A DNA stretch of 32,000 bases from Candidatus Saccharimonadota bacterium (GCF_936981045.1 NZ_OW441264.1:930001-962000), one strand, 5' to 3'; shown: positions 1 through 8,791, numbered from the stretch's first letter. Translations and numbers: made by a program. Notes: generated from the sequence alone by a model not told the origin.

Positions 1-65
1 CCGAGCCGCTTACTTTCTGAATCTCTTCCGTTACGGGAGCTACCGGCTCCCTTCTTATGTGCCAT
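1..65 (-). CDS. rpmA: 50S ribosomal protein L27, first 22 codons only (gene runs off the window start)
   Basis: Minus-strand translation from ATG at 65..63 reads MAHKKGAGSSRNGRDSESKRLG, the canonical L27 N-terminus. It lies directly downstream of rplU, as in the conserved rplU-rpmA operon. Confidence 0.85.
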   Translation of the reverse strand, partial: MAHKKGAGSSRNGRDSESKRL

Positions 66-74
66 GTTATTATA

Positions 75-389
75 TTAGTTTGTAATATCTTCAATAACAA
101 TCCGCGTGTGATCTTGACGATGCCCTCGCTTTACTTTGTATCCATTTCGTCTTTTTTTCTTAAAGACGATGATTTTGTTTGCCTTGGTATGTTCCAATAC
201 CTTGGCTTTGACCGTTACCCCATTTAGCGTAGGTGCACCAACGGTCACCGCTCCCGCTTCATCATCTAAAAGTAAAACTTTATCAAAAGTGAGCAAAGCA
301 CCCACCTCACTTTGCAATTTAGGGGTGTAAAGCCACTGCTCTTTGGAAATTTTAAATTGTTTCCCAGCTATTTCTACAATTGCATACAT
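75..389 (-). CDS. rplU: 50S ribosomal protein L21
   Basis: 104-aa ORF starting MYAIVEIAGKQFK, a typical L21 N-terminus and length. It sits upstream of rpmA. Confidence 0.95.
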   Translation of the reverse strand: MYAIVEIAGKQFKISKEQWLYTPKLQSEVGALLTFDKVLLLDDEAGAVTVGAPTLNGVTVKAKVLEHTKANKIIVFKKKRRNGYKVKRGHRQDHTRIVIEDITN

Positions 390-514
390 ATATTTCTATA
401 AGCTAAAGAATCATAACCCCTTCTAAATTAGGGGGGATAAACCTTAACAAACTTAAGCTTTTTTCTATAAAATAAAAAAAATGACTGGCCGATATTATCT
501 TTTGTACTTTTTTA

Positions 515-1028
515 GGTTCTGTCGCGTCTATTATACTGGACTGAAAAATTCGGACAAAAAAGGGTTCTGTCGCGTCTATATTTTCGTTAGTATAGGTTTT
601 TCGTTTAAGTCAAATTTTGGATATTATGCGGCCATTAAGATAGCAAAGTTCTCAAAAGTAGAAAGATGATTTTTAGCTCCTCTTACTTGTCCTTTTTGAA
701 TCATACGAATGTTTTCTATCCCTGAAATAGTAATGGAAGCAGAATAAAAATTCTTAAAACCCAGCATAGGTTTTATCCGTTTTTTGATAAACCTATGATC
801 TTGTTCAACTCTATTATTCAAATATTTGTTTTGAAATATTTGAATGGTATGATCTTGATCAAGATCTGTATTGATCGCATCAAGGGCAGCTTTATTACTA
901 CCGCTTTTGTCAATTACTACTTTCTTAGGAATATTATTTTCTGTGATCGCCTTGCGAAAAAAAGAAAGCGTTGAAGACTTGTCTCTATGATCAGATAGAA
1001 AAAAGTCAACTGTATCACCATAACGATC
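515..1028 (-). mobile_element. Partial IS6-family copy in inverted orientation: solo IR, 47-bp spacer, right IR and the 3' part of the transposase gene. It is the near-exact reverse complement of 1396..1909.
   Basis: GGTTCTGTCGCGTC occurs at 515 and again at 563. From 562 the sequence is the reverse complement of the right end of the intact IS at 1029..1861. The match stops at 1028, where the intact copy begins. Confidence 0.85.
624..1028 (-). pseudogene. IS6-family transposase, 5'-truncated (C-terminal part only)
   Basis: The 65-aa ORF 624..821 is identical to the C-terminus of the 248-aa IS6 ORFs. Nucleotide identity to the transposase gene continues to 1028, corresponding to the codons around RYGDTVDFF. 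Confidence 0.85.
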
Positions 1029-1861
1029 GGTTCTGTCGCGTTTATTCTAAAAAATGATTATTTTAGTATCGGTATTTAAAAAAGTAGTTATTATGTTTAA
1101 TATTTCTCCCGAGTTATTACCATATTTTAAAGGTTATTGTTCTTCATCAGAAGTCATCCTGTTATTTGTATACATGAAGTGTCGTTTTTCCTTGAGCTAT
1201 AGAGATTTGGAAGAGATGATGCGTATGAGAGGCGCAAGAGTTGATCATTCTACGCTACAGAGATGGGTTATTAAGTTTGTTCCTCTGATAGATAAAGCAG
1301 TAAGAAAAAGAAAACGACCAGTTGGTAGTAGTTGGAAAATGGATGAAACCTATGTTAAACTAAACGGGAAGTGGATCTATTTATATAGAGCAGTAGATCG
1401 TTATGGTGATACAGTTGACTTTTTTCTATCTGATCATAGAGACAAGTCTTCAACGCTTTCTTTTTTTCGCAAGGCGATCACAGAAAATAATATTCCTAAG
1501 AAAGTAGTAATTGACAAAAGCGGTAGTAATAAAGCTGCCCTTGATGCGATCAATACAGATCTTGATCAAGATCATACCATTCAAATATTTCAAAACAAAT
1601 ATTTGAATAATAGAGTTGAACAAGATCATAGGTTTATCAAAAAACGGATAAAACCTATGCTGGGTTTTAAGAATTTTTATTCTGCTTCCATTACTATTTC
1701 AGGGATAGAAAACATTCGTATGATTCAAAAAGGACAAGTAAGAGGAACTAAAAATCATCTTTCTACTTTTGAGAACTTTGCTATCTTAATGGCCGCATAA
1801 TATCCAAAATTTGACTTAAACGAAAAACCTATACTAACGAAAATATAGACGCGACAGAACC
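1029..1861 (+). mobile_element. IS6-family insertion sequence, intact copy 1 (833 bp)
   Basis: Terminal inverted repeats GGTTCTGTCGCG (1029) and CGCGACAGAACC (ends 1861). Single transposase ORF. Size and layout resemble IS26. Confidence 0.9.
1093..1800 (+). CDS. IS6-family DDE transposase (235 aa from ATG 1093; the ORF track start 1054 is an in-frame upstream alternative)
   Basis: Motifs SYRDLEEMMRMRGARVDHSTLQRWV and WKMDETYVKLNGKWIYLYRAVD match the IS6/IS26 transposase pattern. ATG at 1093 is 64 nt inside the left IR, as in IS26. Confidence 0.9.
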   Translation: MFNISPELLPYFKGYCSSSEVILLFVYMKCRFSLSYRDLEEMMRMRGARVDHSTLQRWVIKFVPLIDKAVRKRKRPVGSSWKMDETYVKLNGKWIYLYRAVDRYGDTVDFFLSDHRDKSSTLSFFRKAITENNIPKKVVIDKSGSNKAALDAINTDLDQDHTIQIFQNKYLNNRVEQDHRFIKKRIKPMLGFKNFYSASITISGIENIRMIQKGQVRGTKNHLSTFENFAILMAA

Positions 1862-1909
1862 CTTTTTTGTCCGAATTTTTCAGTCCAGTATAATAGACGC
1901 GACAGAACC
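1862..1909 (+). repeat. Spacer plus solo IS6-type terminal repeat (remnant of an older IS6 variant), mirror image of 515..562
   Basis: TAGACGCGACAGAACC at 1894..1909 repeats the right IR 48 bp after the intact copy ends. The same arrangement is found inverted at 515..562. Confidence 0.8.
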
Positions 1910-2218
1910 CTTTAAAGCCACCAAGAAAGAACGCAATGCACGTAATCGTTGAACAACCTCTTCTGGCGTAATGGTAAGCGTATTACCATGTTTCTGAATC
2001 ACTTTACGTGCGCCTGCTAAGCTATATCCTTTTTCTTTAACCAGTGTATAGATATAACGCAACTGAGCGATATCCTTTTCTTGATACCTCCTAGCCCCCT
2101 TACTATTCCTATTGGGGTGAAGGATTCCACTAAAGGCTTTTTCCCAAAAACGTATCAAAGAAGGTGCTACGCCAAAATGGCGGGCTACCTCCTGAATGGT
2201 AAAATACTTTTTTTCCAT
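1880..2218 (-). CDS. MerR-family HTH transcriptional regulator (C-terminal ~10 codons and stop supplied by IS remnant)
   Basis: N-terminus MEKKYFTIQEVARHFGVAPSLIRFWEK...ARRYQEKDIAQL is a MerR-type winged HTH. The last codons LKGSVASIILD-stop are encoded by the solo IS6 IR at 1880..1909. Confidence 0.8.
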   Translation of the reverse strand: MEKKYFTIQEVARHFGVAPSLIRFWEKAFSGILHPNRNSKGARRYQEKDIAQLRYIYTLVKEKGYSLAGARKVIQKHGNTLTITPEEVVQRLRALRSFLVALKGSVASIILD

Positions 2219-2342
2219 TTTATTTCCATAAAAGTACCCCGTTGAGCGGTGTGGAAATGTTACGAAATAAAAATTTGATCAAGGAAAAAGTAAGGGAAAC
2301 CTACCTTTTTATCCAGCAAAAAGTAGCATATACATGCCTAAG

Positions 2343-3557
2343 CTAATAGCTAGCTTTTATATATCTTGCTACCTGAATCCGTTCTATTTCTTTTGTAATC
2401 GTTTCTTTTAAAAGATCGATATGTAGGTCTTGTGTTGCGGAGATAAACACTGCAGGATAACCATTGATCGTACTGCTATATGCACCTGTTTTTAAAGCAA
2501 CTTCTATTGGTGTATCTGTTGCGTGGGTAGCTCTTAACATATTTTCCTTATTTTGCTTGATCATGTCAATCTTGTTGAATACTAAAATTCTTGGCAAGTT
2601 ATCTGCACCTATTTCTGCTAAAGTTTGATTGACTATATTTATTTGCTCTTGAAAACTATTATGTGATGCATCTATTATATGTAGTAGCAAATCTGCTTCT
2701 TTAATTTCTGTCAATGTAGATTTAAAACATTCCACCAATGTATGGGGTAGTTTCCGAATAAAGCCTACCGTATCGGTTAGTAAGAAAGGTTTGTCATTTA
2801 ATACTACCTTACGTACAGTAGCATCTACTGTAGCAAATAGTTTGTTGTCAACCAAGATGTCTGACTTGGATAGCAGCTTCATCAAAGTAGACTTTCCTAC
2901 ATTAGTATACCCTACCAATGCAACACGCACCAAATCCACCCGTCCCTTACGCCTGGTAATACATTGTTGTGCGATACTTGCTAACTTTTCACGCAGTTTG
3001 GTGATTTTGTGTTGAATAATTCTTTTATCCGTTTCCAATTCTTTTTCACCAGGGCCACGCATGCCTGCACTACCCCCTTTTTGACTTGAAAGGTGGGTCC
3101 ACATTCTGGTAAGTCGTGGTAATAAATATTGATATTGCGCCAATTCTACCTGTGTGCTCGCTTGTTTGGTTTGGGCACGTATGGAGAAGATATTAAGGAT
3201 CAACAAACTTCTATCCAATATCTGGCAGGATAGTAATTTTTCCAAATTACGCACTTGTGAGGGAGAAAGCTCATCGTCAAAAATAGCGTAATCAACTTTT
3301 TCTGCTTTTATAAAAGCAGCTATTTCTTCTACTTTCCCCTTACCTACAAAAGTAGCACCATGTGGATAATCTAACCTTTGCATAAATTGTTTAACAACTT
3401 TCAGTCCCCAAGTATCTGCTAAAAAGGCTAATTCTGTAAGATATTCTTCTGTTTTGGTTAGAGGTTGCTGGGGGGTAACCAGGGCTATTAGAATGGCGGC
3501 TTTACCCTCCTCATCGGCCACCAGGTTGGATGGATTGTTTGTTCTATGCATTAACAT
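2343..3557 (-). CDS. hflX: GTPase HflX
   Basis: 404 aa. HflX N-domain followed by the G1 motif GYTNVGKST and DTVGFIRKLPHTLVECFKSTL, characteristic of HflX. Confidence 0.92.
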   Translation of the reverse strand: MLMHRTNNPSNLVADEEGKAAILIALVTPQQPLTKTEEYLTELAFLADTWGLKVVKQFMQRLDYPHGATFVGKGKVEEIAAFIKAEKVDYAIFDDELSPSQVRNLEKLLSCQILDRSLLILNIFSIRAQTKQASTQVELAQYQYLLPRLTRMWTHLSSQKGGSAGMRGPGEKELETDKRIIQHKITKLREKLASIAQQCITRRKGRVDLVRVALVGYTNVGKSTLMKLLSKSDILVDNKLFATVDATVRKVVLNDKPFLLTDTVGFIRKLPHTLVECFKSTLTEIKEADLLLHIIDASHNSFQEQINIVNQTLAEIGADNLPRILVFNKIDMIKQNKENMLRATHATDTPIEVALKTGAYSSTINGYPAVFISATQDLHIDLLKETITKEIERIQVARYIKASY

Positions 3558-3661
3558 AATTGGCTAGGCCGTTTATTTAAGAAAAAAATATAGCCCTCAA
3601 TTTTATAAAAAATTTTTAAAAAAATCAATACAAACTTTCTAATTTTAGGCGTGTTCAATAT

Positions 3662-4494
3662 GGTTCTGTCGCGTTTATTCTAAAAAATGATTATTTTAGT
3701 ATCGGTATTTAAAAAAGTAGTTATTATGTTTAATATTTCTCCCGAGTTATTACCATATTTTAAAGGTTATTGTTCTTCATCAGAAGTCATCCTGTTATTT
3801 GTATACATGAAGTGTCGTTTTTCCTTGAGCTATAGAGATTTGGAAGAGATGATGCGTATGAGAGGCGCAAGAGTTGATCATTCTACGCTACAGAGATGGG
3901 TTATTAAGTTTGTTCCTCTGATAGATAAAGCAGTAAGAAAAAGAAAACGACCAATTGGTAGTAGTTGGAAAATGGATGAAACCTATGTTAAACTAAACGG
4001 GAAGTGGATCTATTTATATAGAGCAGTAGATCGTTATGGTGATACAGTTGACTTTTTTCTATCTGATCATAGAGACAAGTCTTCAACGCTTTCTTTTTTT
4101 CGCAAGGCGATCACAGAAAATAATATTCCTAAGAAAGTAGTAATTGACAAAAGCGGTAGTAATAAAGCTGCCCTTGATGCGATCAATACAGATCTTGATC
4201 AAGATCATACCATTCAAATATTTCAAAACAAATATTTGAATAATAGAGTTGAACAAGATCATAGGTTTATCAAAAAACGGATAAAACCTATGCTGGGTTT
4301 TAAGAATTTTTATTCTGCTTCCATTACTATTTCAGGGATAGAAAACATTCGTATGATTCAAAAAGGACAAGTAAGAGGAGCTAAAAATCATCTTTCTACT
4401 TTTGAGAACTTTGCTATCTTAATGGCCGCATAATATCCAAAATTTGACTTAAACGAAAAACCTATACTAAGAAAACTATAGACGCGACAGAACC
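3662..4494 (+). mobile_element. IS6-family insertion sequence, intact copy 2 (833 bp), same orientation as copy 1
   Basis: Same IRs as copy 1. The transposase differs at 2 residues (V/I, T/A), with a few changes near the right end. Confidence 0.9.
3726..4433 (+). CDS. IS6-family DDE transposase (ORF track start 3687 is an upstream in-frame alternative)
   Basis: 248-aa ORF nearly identical to 1054..1800. Confidence 0.9.
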   Translation: MFNISPELLPYFKGYCSSSEVILLFVYMKCRFSLSYRDLEEMMRMRGARVDHSTLQRWVIKFVPLIDKAVRKRKRPIGSSWKMDETYVKLNGKWIYLYRAVDRYGDTVDFFLSDHRDKSSTLSFFRKAITENNIPKKVVIDKSGSNKAALDAINTDLDQDHTIQIFQNKYLNNRVEQDHRFIKKRIKPMLGFKNFYSASITISGIENIRMIQKGQVRGAKNHLSTFENFAILMAA

Positions 4495-4516
4495 CTTTAA
4501 AATAAGGTAATAATTT

Positions 4517-4598
4517 GGGCGAAATATTAAACATAATAACTACTTTTTTAACTGCAGATACTGAAATAATGATTTTTTAGAATAAACGAGACAGAACC
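4517..4598 (-). mobile_element. Degenerate ~82-bp fragment of the IS6 left end, inverted
   Basis: GGGCGAAATATTAAACATAATAACTACTTTTTTAA...TTTTTAGAATAAACGAGACAGAACC aligns to the reverse complement of 1029..1112, with several mismatches. Confidence 0.75.
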
Positions 4599-4632
4599 GA
4601 TCAAACTGGTTCAATAAGGATGGATGTGATAT

Positions 4633-5070
4633 TTATTCGGTAACTGGATCTACTACAAAAAGTGGTTGATCATATTCCACAGGAGAGACATCATCAACCA
4701 AGATTTGAACGATCTTGCCCGTAACTTCTGACTCTATTTCATTGTAGAGCTTCATAGCTTCTATAATACAGAGCTTGGTCCCTTTTACAATAGCATCTCC
4801 TTCTTTTACAAATGGGGCTTCTTCAGGGTTAGGTGATCGGTAAAAAGTACCAATCATTGGGGATTTAATCGTTATATAATTGCGGCTATTTTCTACTGTT
4901 TGCGTAGGTATTGAAGGCGGTGGCGCATTGGGCGCAAGTGGTGCGAGATGCCCAGGGATGGGCATACTCCTTTTAACATGAATTTTAATGTTCTCTGTTT
5001 CAATATGCACCTCTTCTAACCCTGACTTGGTAATACAGTCAATCAGCTCGTGAATTTCTTTGGTTTTCAT
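4633..5070 (-). CDS. accB: Acetyl-CoA carboxylase biotin carboxyl carrier protein
   Basis: 145 aa. Pro/Ala linker and C-terminal biotinyl domain with the motif IIEAMKLYNEIESE (AMKL variant of AMKM). Immediately downstream of efp. Confidence 0.9.
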   Translation of the reverse strand: MKTKEIHELIDCITKSGLEEVHIETENIKIHVKRSMPIPGHLAPLAPNAPPPSIPTQTVENSRNYITIKSPMIGTFYRSPNPEEAPFVKEGDAIVKGTKLCIIEAMKLYNEIESEVTGKIVQILVDDVSPVEYDQPLFVVDPVTE

Positions 5071-5072
5071 AC

Positions 5073-5648
5073 TTACTTTTTCTGCTCGTTTACACGCTCC
5101 ATATAGAGACCGGTACGGGTATCTACTTTTATAAGATCTTGATTATTAATAAATAAAGGGACCCTAATGTCTACACCTGTTTCTAAGGTAGCTGGCTTTA
5201 ATGTTTTCGTAGCGGTATCGCCTCGGAGCCCTGGCTCTGTATAGGTAATCCGCAATAACACAGATGGGGGTAATTCGCACTTTAATACCACGTTTTCATC
5301 ATCGTAGTAAACGACTTCCACATGTTGTCCTTCTTTTAAGAATTGAGGTGTATTAATAAGCGATCGCTGAATGGTTAGTTGTTCAAAGGTCTCCGTGTGC
5401 ATAAAAGTGTACCCTGCACTATCCTTATAGAGCAACTGGTAGGGTCTGCGTTCGATGCGTGCGATATGAATTTTTGCACCTGCGTTAAAAGTATGGTCAA
5501 TTTGGCTTTCTTTGGTTAAACGCTTTAATTTGGTTCTAACAAAGGCCGCTCCCTTACCTGGCTTGACGTGCTGGAATTCCACGACACTGTAAATATCATT
5601 GTTCAATACAATACAAAGGCCATTTTTAATATCACTTGTATTTGCCAT
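5073..5648 (-). CDS. efp: Elongation factor P
   Basis: 191 aa. The N-terminus ...FQHVKPGKGAAFVRTKLK is the conserved EF-P loop. Confidence 0.93.
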   Translation of the reverse strand: MANTSDIKNGLCIVLNNDIYSVVEFQHVKPGKGAAFVRTKLKRLTKESQIDHTFNAGAKIHIARIERRPYQLLYKDSAGYTFMHTETFEQLTIQRSLINTPQFLKEGQHVEVVYYDDENVVLKCELPPSVLLRITYTEPGLRGDTATKTLKPATLETGVDIRVPLFINNQDLIKVDTRTGLYMERVNEQKK

Positions 5649-5708
5649 AATATGTTAAGCTTATTGCTACTACTTAAAAATATATTTTTGCCTTATATAT
5701 ACAAACCC

Positions 5709-6725
5709 TTACATAGGTTTACAACCATCATATCCCCAGACCATATATATGGCGCCCCAGGTAAATCCGCCTCCAAAAACAGTTAGAATCAACTTATCAC
5801 CTTTTTTTAGTTTTTGTTCGTAATCCCACAAGCAAAGTGGAATGGTTGCGGCTGTTGTATTGCCATACTTATGGATGTTCAGCATAACCTTTTCCATAGG
5901 AATGGCCACACGATCGGCTACAAGTTGTAAGATGCGTTTATTGGCTTGATGGGGCACTAGATAGGTAATATCTGCTGCGGCAATGTGATTACCAGCCATA
6001 ATTTCTATTACTACGTCTGACATAGCCGTAACAGCTGCCTTAAATACATTTTGGCCATCTTGGTGAATGTAATGTGCTTGCGCATTCACGGTTTCGTGTG
6101 AAGCGGGCAGCCTACTGCCTCCTGCTTTTTGATAGAGCAAGTCTTGCCCTGCACCATCTGTTTTGCAGATGGTATCTATAATACCATAACCACTATCTGC
6201 ATCATGTGCTGTTACCAGTACGGCACCCGCACCATCCCCAAAAAGAATACAGGTAGCCCGATCTGCATAATTGGTAATAGAAGACATCTTATCCGCGCCT
6301 ACTACAATTACTTTTTTGGCTCTACCTGAGGCAATAAATTGAGCTGCTGTATCGAGTCCATAAAGAAAACCTGAACAAGCAGCTTGTAAGTCGTAACTAA
6401 AAGCATGAGCAGCACCCACCGCATGGGCAATAATATTAGCGGTAGCAGGGGTAATCCTATCTGGCGTAATGGTCGCACATATGAGGAGATCTATCGTAGC
6501 AGGATCGGTAGCTGTTTTTTGCAGCAAATCTTTTACTGCTTGTATGGCCATGAACGAGGTACCCAGCTCCTTTCCTTTTAGGATTCTTCTTTCTTGAATA
6601 CCCGTTCTAGTAGTAATCCACTGATCACTGGTATCTACCATCTGCTCCAATTCTCTATTGGTCAACACATAGTCTGGCACATATCCAGATACACCTGCAA
6701 TGGAGGCACATTTGATTATTTTCAT
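5709..6725 (-). CDS. fabH: 3-oxoacyl-ACP synthase III
   Basis: 338 aa. Active-site context AACSGF, HQANKRI and GNTTAATIP are typical FabH motifs. Confidence 0.92.
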   Translation of the reverse strand: MKIIKCASIAGVSGYVPDYVLTNRELEQMVDTSDQWITTRTGIQERRILKGKELGTSFMAIQAVKDLLQKTATDPATIDLLICATITPDRITPATANIIAHAVGAAHAFSYDLQAACSGFLYGLDTAAQFIASGRAKKVIVVGADKMSSITNYADRATCILFGDGAGAVLVTAHDADSGYGIIDTICKTDGAGQDLLYQKAGGSRLPASHETVNAQAHYIHQDGQNVFKAAVTAMSDVVIEIMAGNHIAAADITYLVPHQANKRILQLVADRVAIPMEKVMLNIHKYGNTTAATIPLCLWDYEQKLKKGDKLILTVFGGGFTWGAIYMVWGYDGCKPM

Positions 6726-6793
6726 CTACTGAACAGATTTGGTAAAAAAAATTTTCCTGTTCAAAAGCGAACAAAGTAAAACAGCATAATCAA

Positions 6794-6985
6794 TTATTGA
6801 GTGCCTGCCGTATGCATCACGACTTTGCCTTTATAATACATTTTATTTTCATGCCAAAATGCACGGTGTGGTGTATGTACCACACCGGTAACAGGACAAA
6901 CGACAAGAGCGGGCATCGCACACTTAATATGTGTTCTTCTTTTATCTCTTCTGGAAGCAGATGATCTTTTCTTTGGATGTGCCAT
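6794..6985 (-). CDS. rpmF: 50S ribosomal protein L32
   Basis: 63 aa starting MAHPKKRSSASRRDKRRTH, the canonical L32 N-terminus. Confidence 0.9.
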   Translation of the reverse strand: MAHPKKRSSASRRDKRRTHIKCAMPALVVCPVTGVVHTPHRAFWHENKMYYKGKVVMHTAGTQ

Positions 6986-7321
6986 GTTTCTATAATTTAT
7001 GTATAACTACTAAGGAATATAGACCTCCTTACTAGATCTATCCTTTTAGGGAGTAACAAATGTCCAAGTTTACGAATAATTTTACCAGTTAGAAAATTAT
7101 TGTGTTAATGGTATTACTTATCAGAAGCCCTAACGCCTAAATATATACCAGCTGTAAGCTTAAATCTTGACAGCTGCACTTCATTAATGAATACAATTTT
7201 AATGCGTTTACTGCTTTCTAAGCAGTCTTTTTTCCATCTATCAAATCTATTAAATGTTTGTATTAAACCTGCTTTTTTAAGCTGTGTGCAACTTTTATAA
7301 AGTTACTTTTTTTTGATAAAA

Positions 7322-7561
7322 ACGTGAGTTCGGGATTAGATTATTTTTTCATTTGATAATCAATATTAATAAAAATTTATAAAATTTTTTTTATAGACAG
7401 TTAAATAGGTAGTTGAATAACAAATAATTCTGATAATCAGTTTATTATATATATTATATTTATAAAATTAGATATAAAAACTTGTTAAATAGGTGCAAAT
7501 ATTAACTAAATAATTGATATTAAATTGTTGTAAATCAGTCAAATAAATCCCGAACTCACGT
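7322..7561 (+). mobile_element. 240-bp MITE, copy 1
   Basis: Starts ACGTGAGTTCGGGATT and ends AATCCCGAACTCACGT. AT-rich, non-coding interior. Flanks TAAAA/TCATA (no target duplication). Confidence 0.9.
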
Positions 7562-7713
7562 TCATATCAAATTAGGTGAAGAAGGTATAGGTGTATAGAG
7601 ACATTATATTTATGATTCAGCCAATAGATGATAAACACTTTATGATCAAATAAAAAAATAAAAGGTAAGATGGAATAGTAGATGGTGGTTATGGTATGGA
7701 GATGATTCAGCTC

Positions 7714-8271
7714 TTAACAAGAGGATCGCTTGCAATTGGGGTGCGCTGCTACAAATTGCGACCAACTTTTGATTTTAGCAGTGACAGATAGGCGTTGTTG
7801 GCTATGACACAAAGCTATCGCTAGCGCATCTGACGCATCTAAAAAAGTAGATGGGGTAGGTATGTTAAGCAGATGGCCAACCATAGCAGCAACTTGTTCC
7901 TTTGAAGCATTTCCATTTCCAGTAACAGCTTGTTTGACCTTACGTGGCGCATATTCTGTAACAGGTATTTCACAAGCTAAGGCTGCTGCAATCGCTACCC
8001 CCTGTGCCCTGCCTAACTTAAGCATAGATTGTACATTGGTTCCATAAAAAATCGACTCAATAGCTACTTCATCTGGCACATGTTTTTGAAACAATTCCGT
8101 CATATATAAATAAATATGACGCATCCGTAACATATGCTCTTTGTATTTTTTTAATTGAAAAACACCATGTTCTATTAGCTTTATGGCACTACCCGTTTCC
8201 CCTTCTTGAATAATACCAAAGCCTATAATTACACTTCCAGGATCTAATCCTACAATAATTCTTCCGCGCAT
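7714..8271 (-). CDS. ruvC: Crossover junction endodeoxyribonuclease RuvC
   Basis: MRGRIIVGLDPGSVIIGFGII... is a typical RuvC start. ATG at 8271..8269 is preferred over the longer ORF start at 8316. Confidence 0.88.
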   Translation of the reverse strand: MRGRIIVGLDPGSVIIGFGIIQEGETGSAIKLIEHGVFQLKKYKEHMLRMRHIYLYMTELFQKHVPDEVAIESIFYGTNVQSMLKLGRAQGVAIAAALACEIPVTEYAPRKVKQAVTGNGNASKEQVAAMVGHLLNIPTPSTFLDASDALAIALCHSQQRLSVTAKIKSWSQFVAAHPNCKRSSC

Positions 8272-8320
8272 AGGTTGGTTTGGTGCAAATATGTATGGAA
8301 ATACTACGAAAAACATAAAA

Positions 8321-8403
8321 AACCGCCTCTTGTGAAGAGTTACTCAACTTTTTGCAGAGGGCTTGATTTTTTGCACACTTTTTGATTAAGAAAAAAGTGT
8401 GAT
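8321..8403 (+). repeat. REP-like double-hairpin intergenic repeat, copy A
   Basis: Hairpin 1 at 8325..8362 (GCCTCTTGTGAAGAGT / ACTTTTTGCAGAGGGC). Conserved core CTTGATTTTTTGCAC. Hairpin 2 at 8374..8401 (CACACTTTTT / AAAAAGTGTG). Homologous to 9141..9302, 23202..23270 and 25301..25376. Confidence 0.7.
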
Positions 8404-8685
8404 ACATGCCTTATTTGCCACTGGCTTGAATAGGTACGAATGAACCTCTATTTTAGATTACTTTATGTATAGAACTTTAATTTATGTAAAAAATCTAGCA
8501 TATCATCCGTATCGTCTCTGTAACGAGGCCTGCTATAGATGCATTTGGGATTGGTTTATATGATTTATAGTGATAATCGATTGCATCAAACTGATCAAGA
8601 GGTTCCTGTAGTTGTATGCGTTTTACGCCGACTATGTATGATATAGTTGAAAAAAGTCCACAATCACCTAAATTAGTCGGGCACT

Positions 8686-8757
8686 GGTTTCGTAGTTCAA
8701 CGGATAGAATAGAAGTTTCCTAAACTTTTGATGCAGGTTCGATTCCTGCCGAGACCA
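8686..8757 (+). tRNA. tRNA-Arg (anticodon CCT)
   Basis: Manual cloverleaf: acceptor GGTTTCG/CGAGACC, D arm GTTC..GAAT, anticodon stem GAAGT/ACTTT with loop TTCCTAA, T arm GCAGG-TTCGATT-CCTGC, discriminator A. No encoded CCA. Confidence 0.85.
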
Positions 8758-8772
8758 CTCTACCCGTTCAGC

Positions 8773-8791
8773 CAATGGCGTCAACTTAAGG
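8773..8791 (+). repeat. Solo terminal inverted repeat of the IS4-type element family
   Basis: CAATGGCGTCAACTTAAGG is identical to the left IR of the IS4-family element at 12031. It lies 16 bp after the tRNA-Arg 3' end. Confidence 0.75.

Noticed and set aside
136-330. ORFs antisense to or overlapping annotated genes: 136-330, 2791-3015, 5568-5786, 6129-6329, 6594-6779, 7862-8047, 10613-10813, 10897-11100, 12499-12681, 12575-12796, 12884-13093, 15128-15343, 18688-18945, 21117-21365, 21362-21634, 22736-22999, 24204-24401, 24637-24912, 27725-27925, 28415-28618, 28824-29105, 29075-29266, 30774-30959, 31703-31996.
   Set aside because: Each lies inside, or on the opposite strand of, a gene with strong family signatures, and none has a recognisable motif. 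They are treated as shadow ORFs.
415-440. Hairpin CCCCT-TCTAAATT-AGGGG upstream of rplU, considered as an r-protein leader.
   Set aside because: The stem is short, no conserved leader motif is known to me for this phylum, and it cannot be supported from the sequence alone.
481-669. 62-aa ORF across the IS6 terminal repeats.
   Set aside because: It is composed of IS repeat and spacer sequence with no protein signature.
1904-4501. Shared GAACCCTTTAAA junction after the solo IS6 repeat (1904-1915) and after IS6 copy 2 (4490-4501), considered as evidence for a past recombination joining these flanks.
   Set aside because: The intact copy 1 is also followed by CTTT (1862-1865), so CCTTT probably belongs to the IS right end. 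The remaining shared AAA is not informative.
6986-7321. Search for a decayed yceD/DUF177 gene upstream of rpmF, and an orphan plus-strand hairpin plus T-run at about 7210-7236 (ACTGCTTTCTAAGCAGT CTTTTTT).
   Set aside because: No reading frame gave recognisable YceD-like sequence. The hairpin has no plus-strand gene upstream to terminate, so no functional call is made.
8189-8407. 72-aa ORF upstream of ruvC.
   Set aside because: It overlaps the ruvC 5' end and the REP-like repeat. Its sequence is low-complexity and it is most likely spurious.
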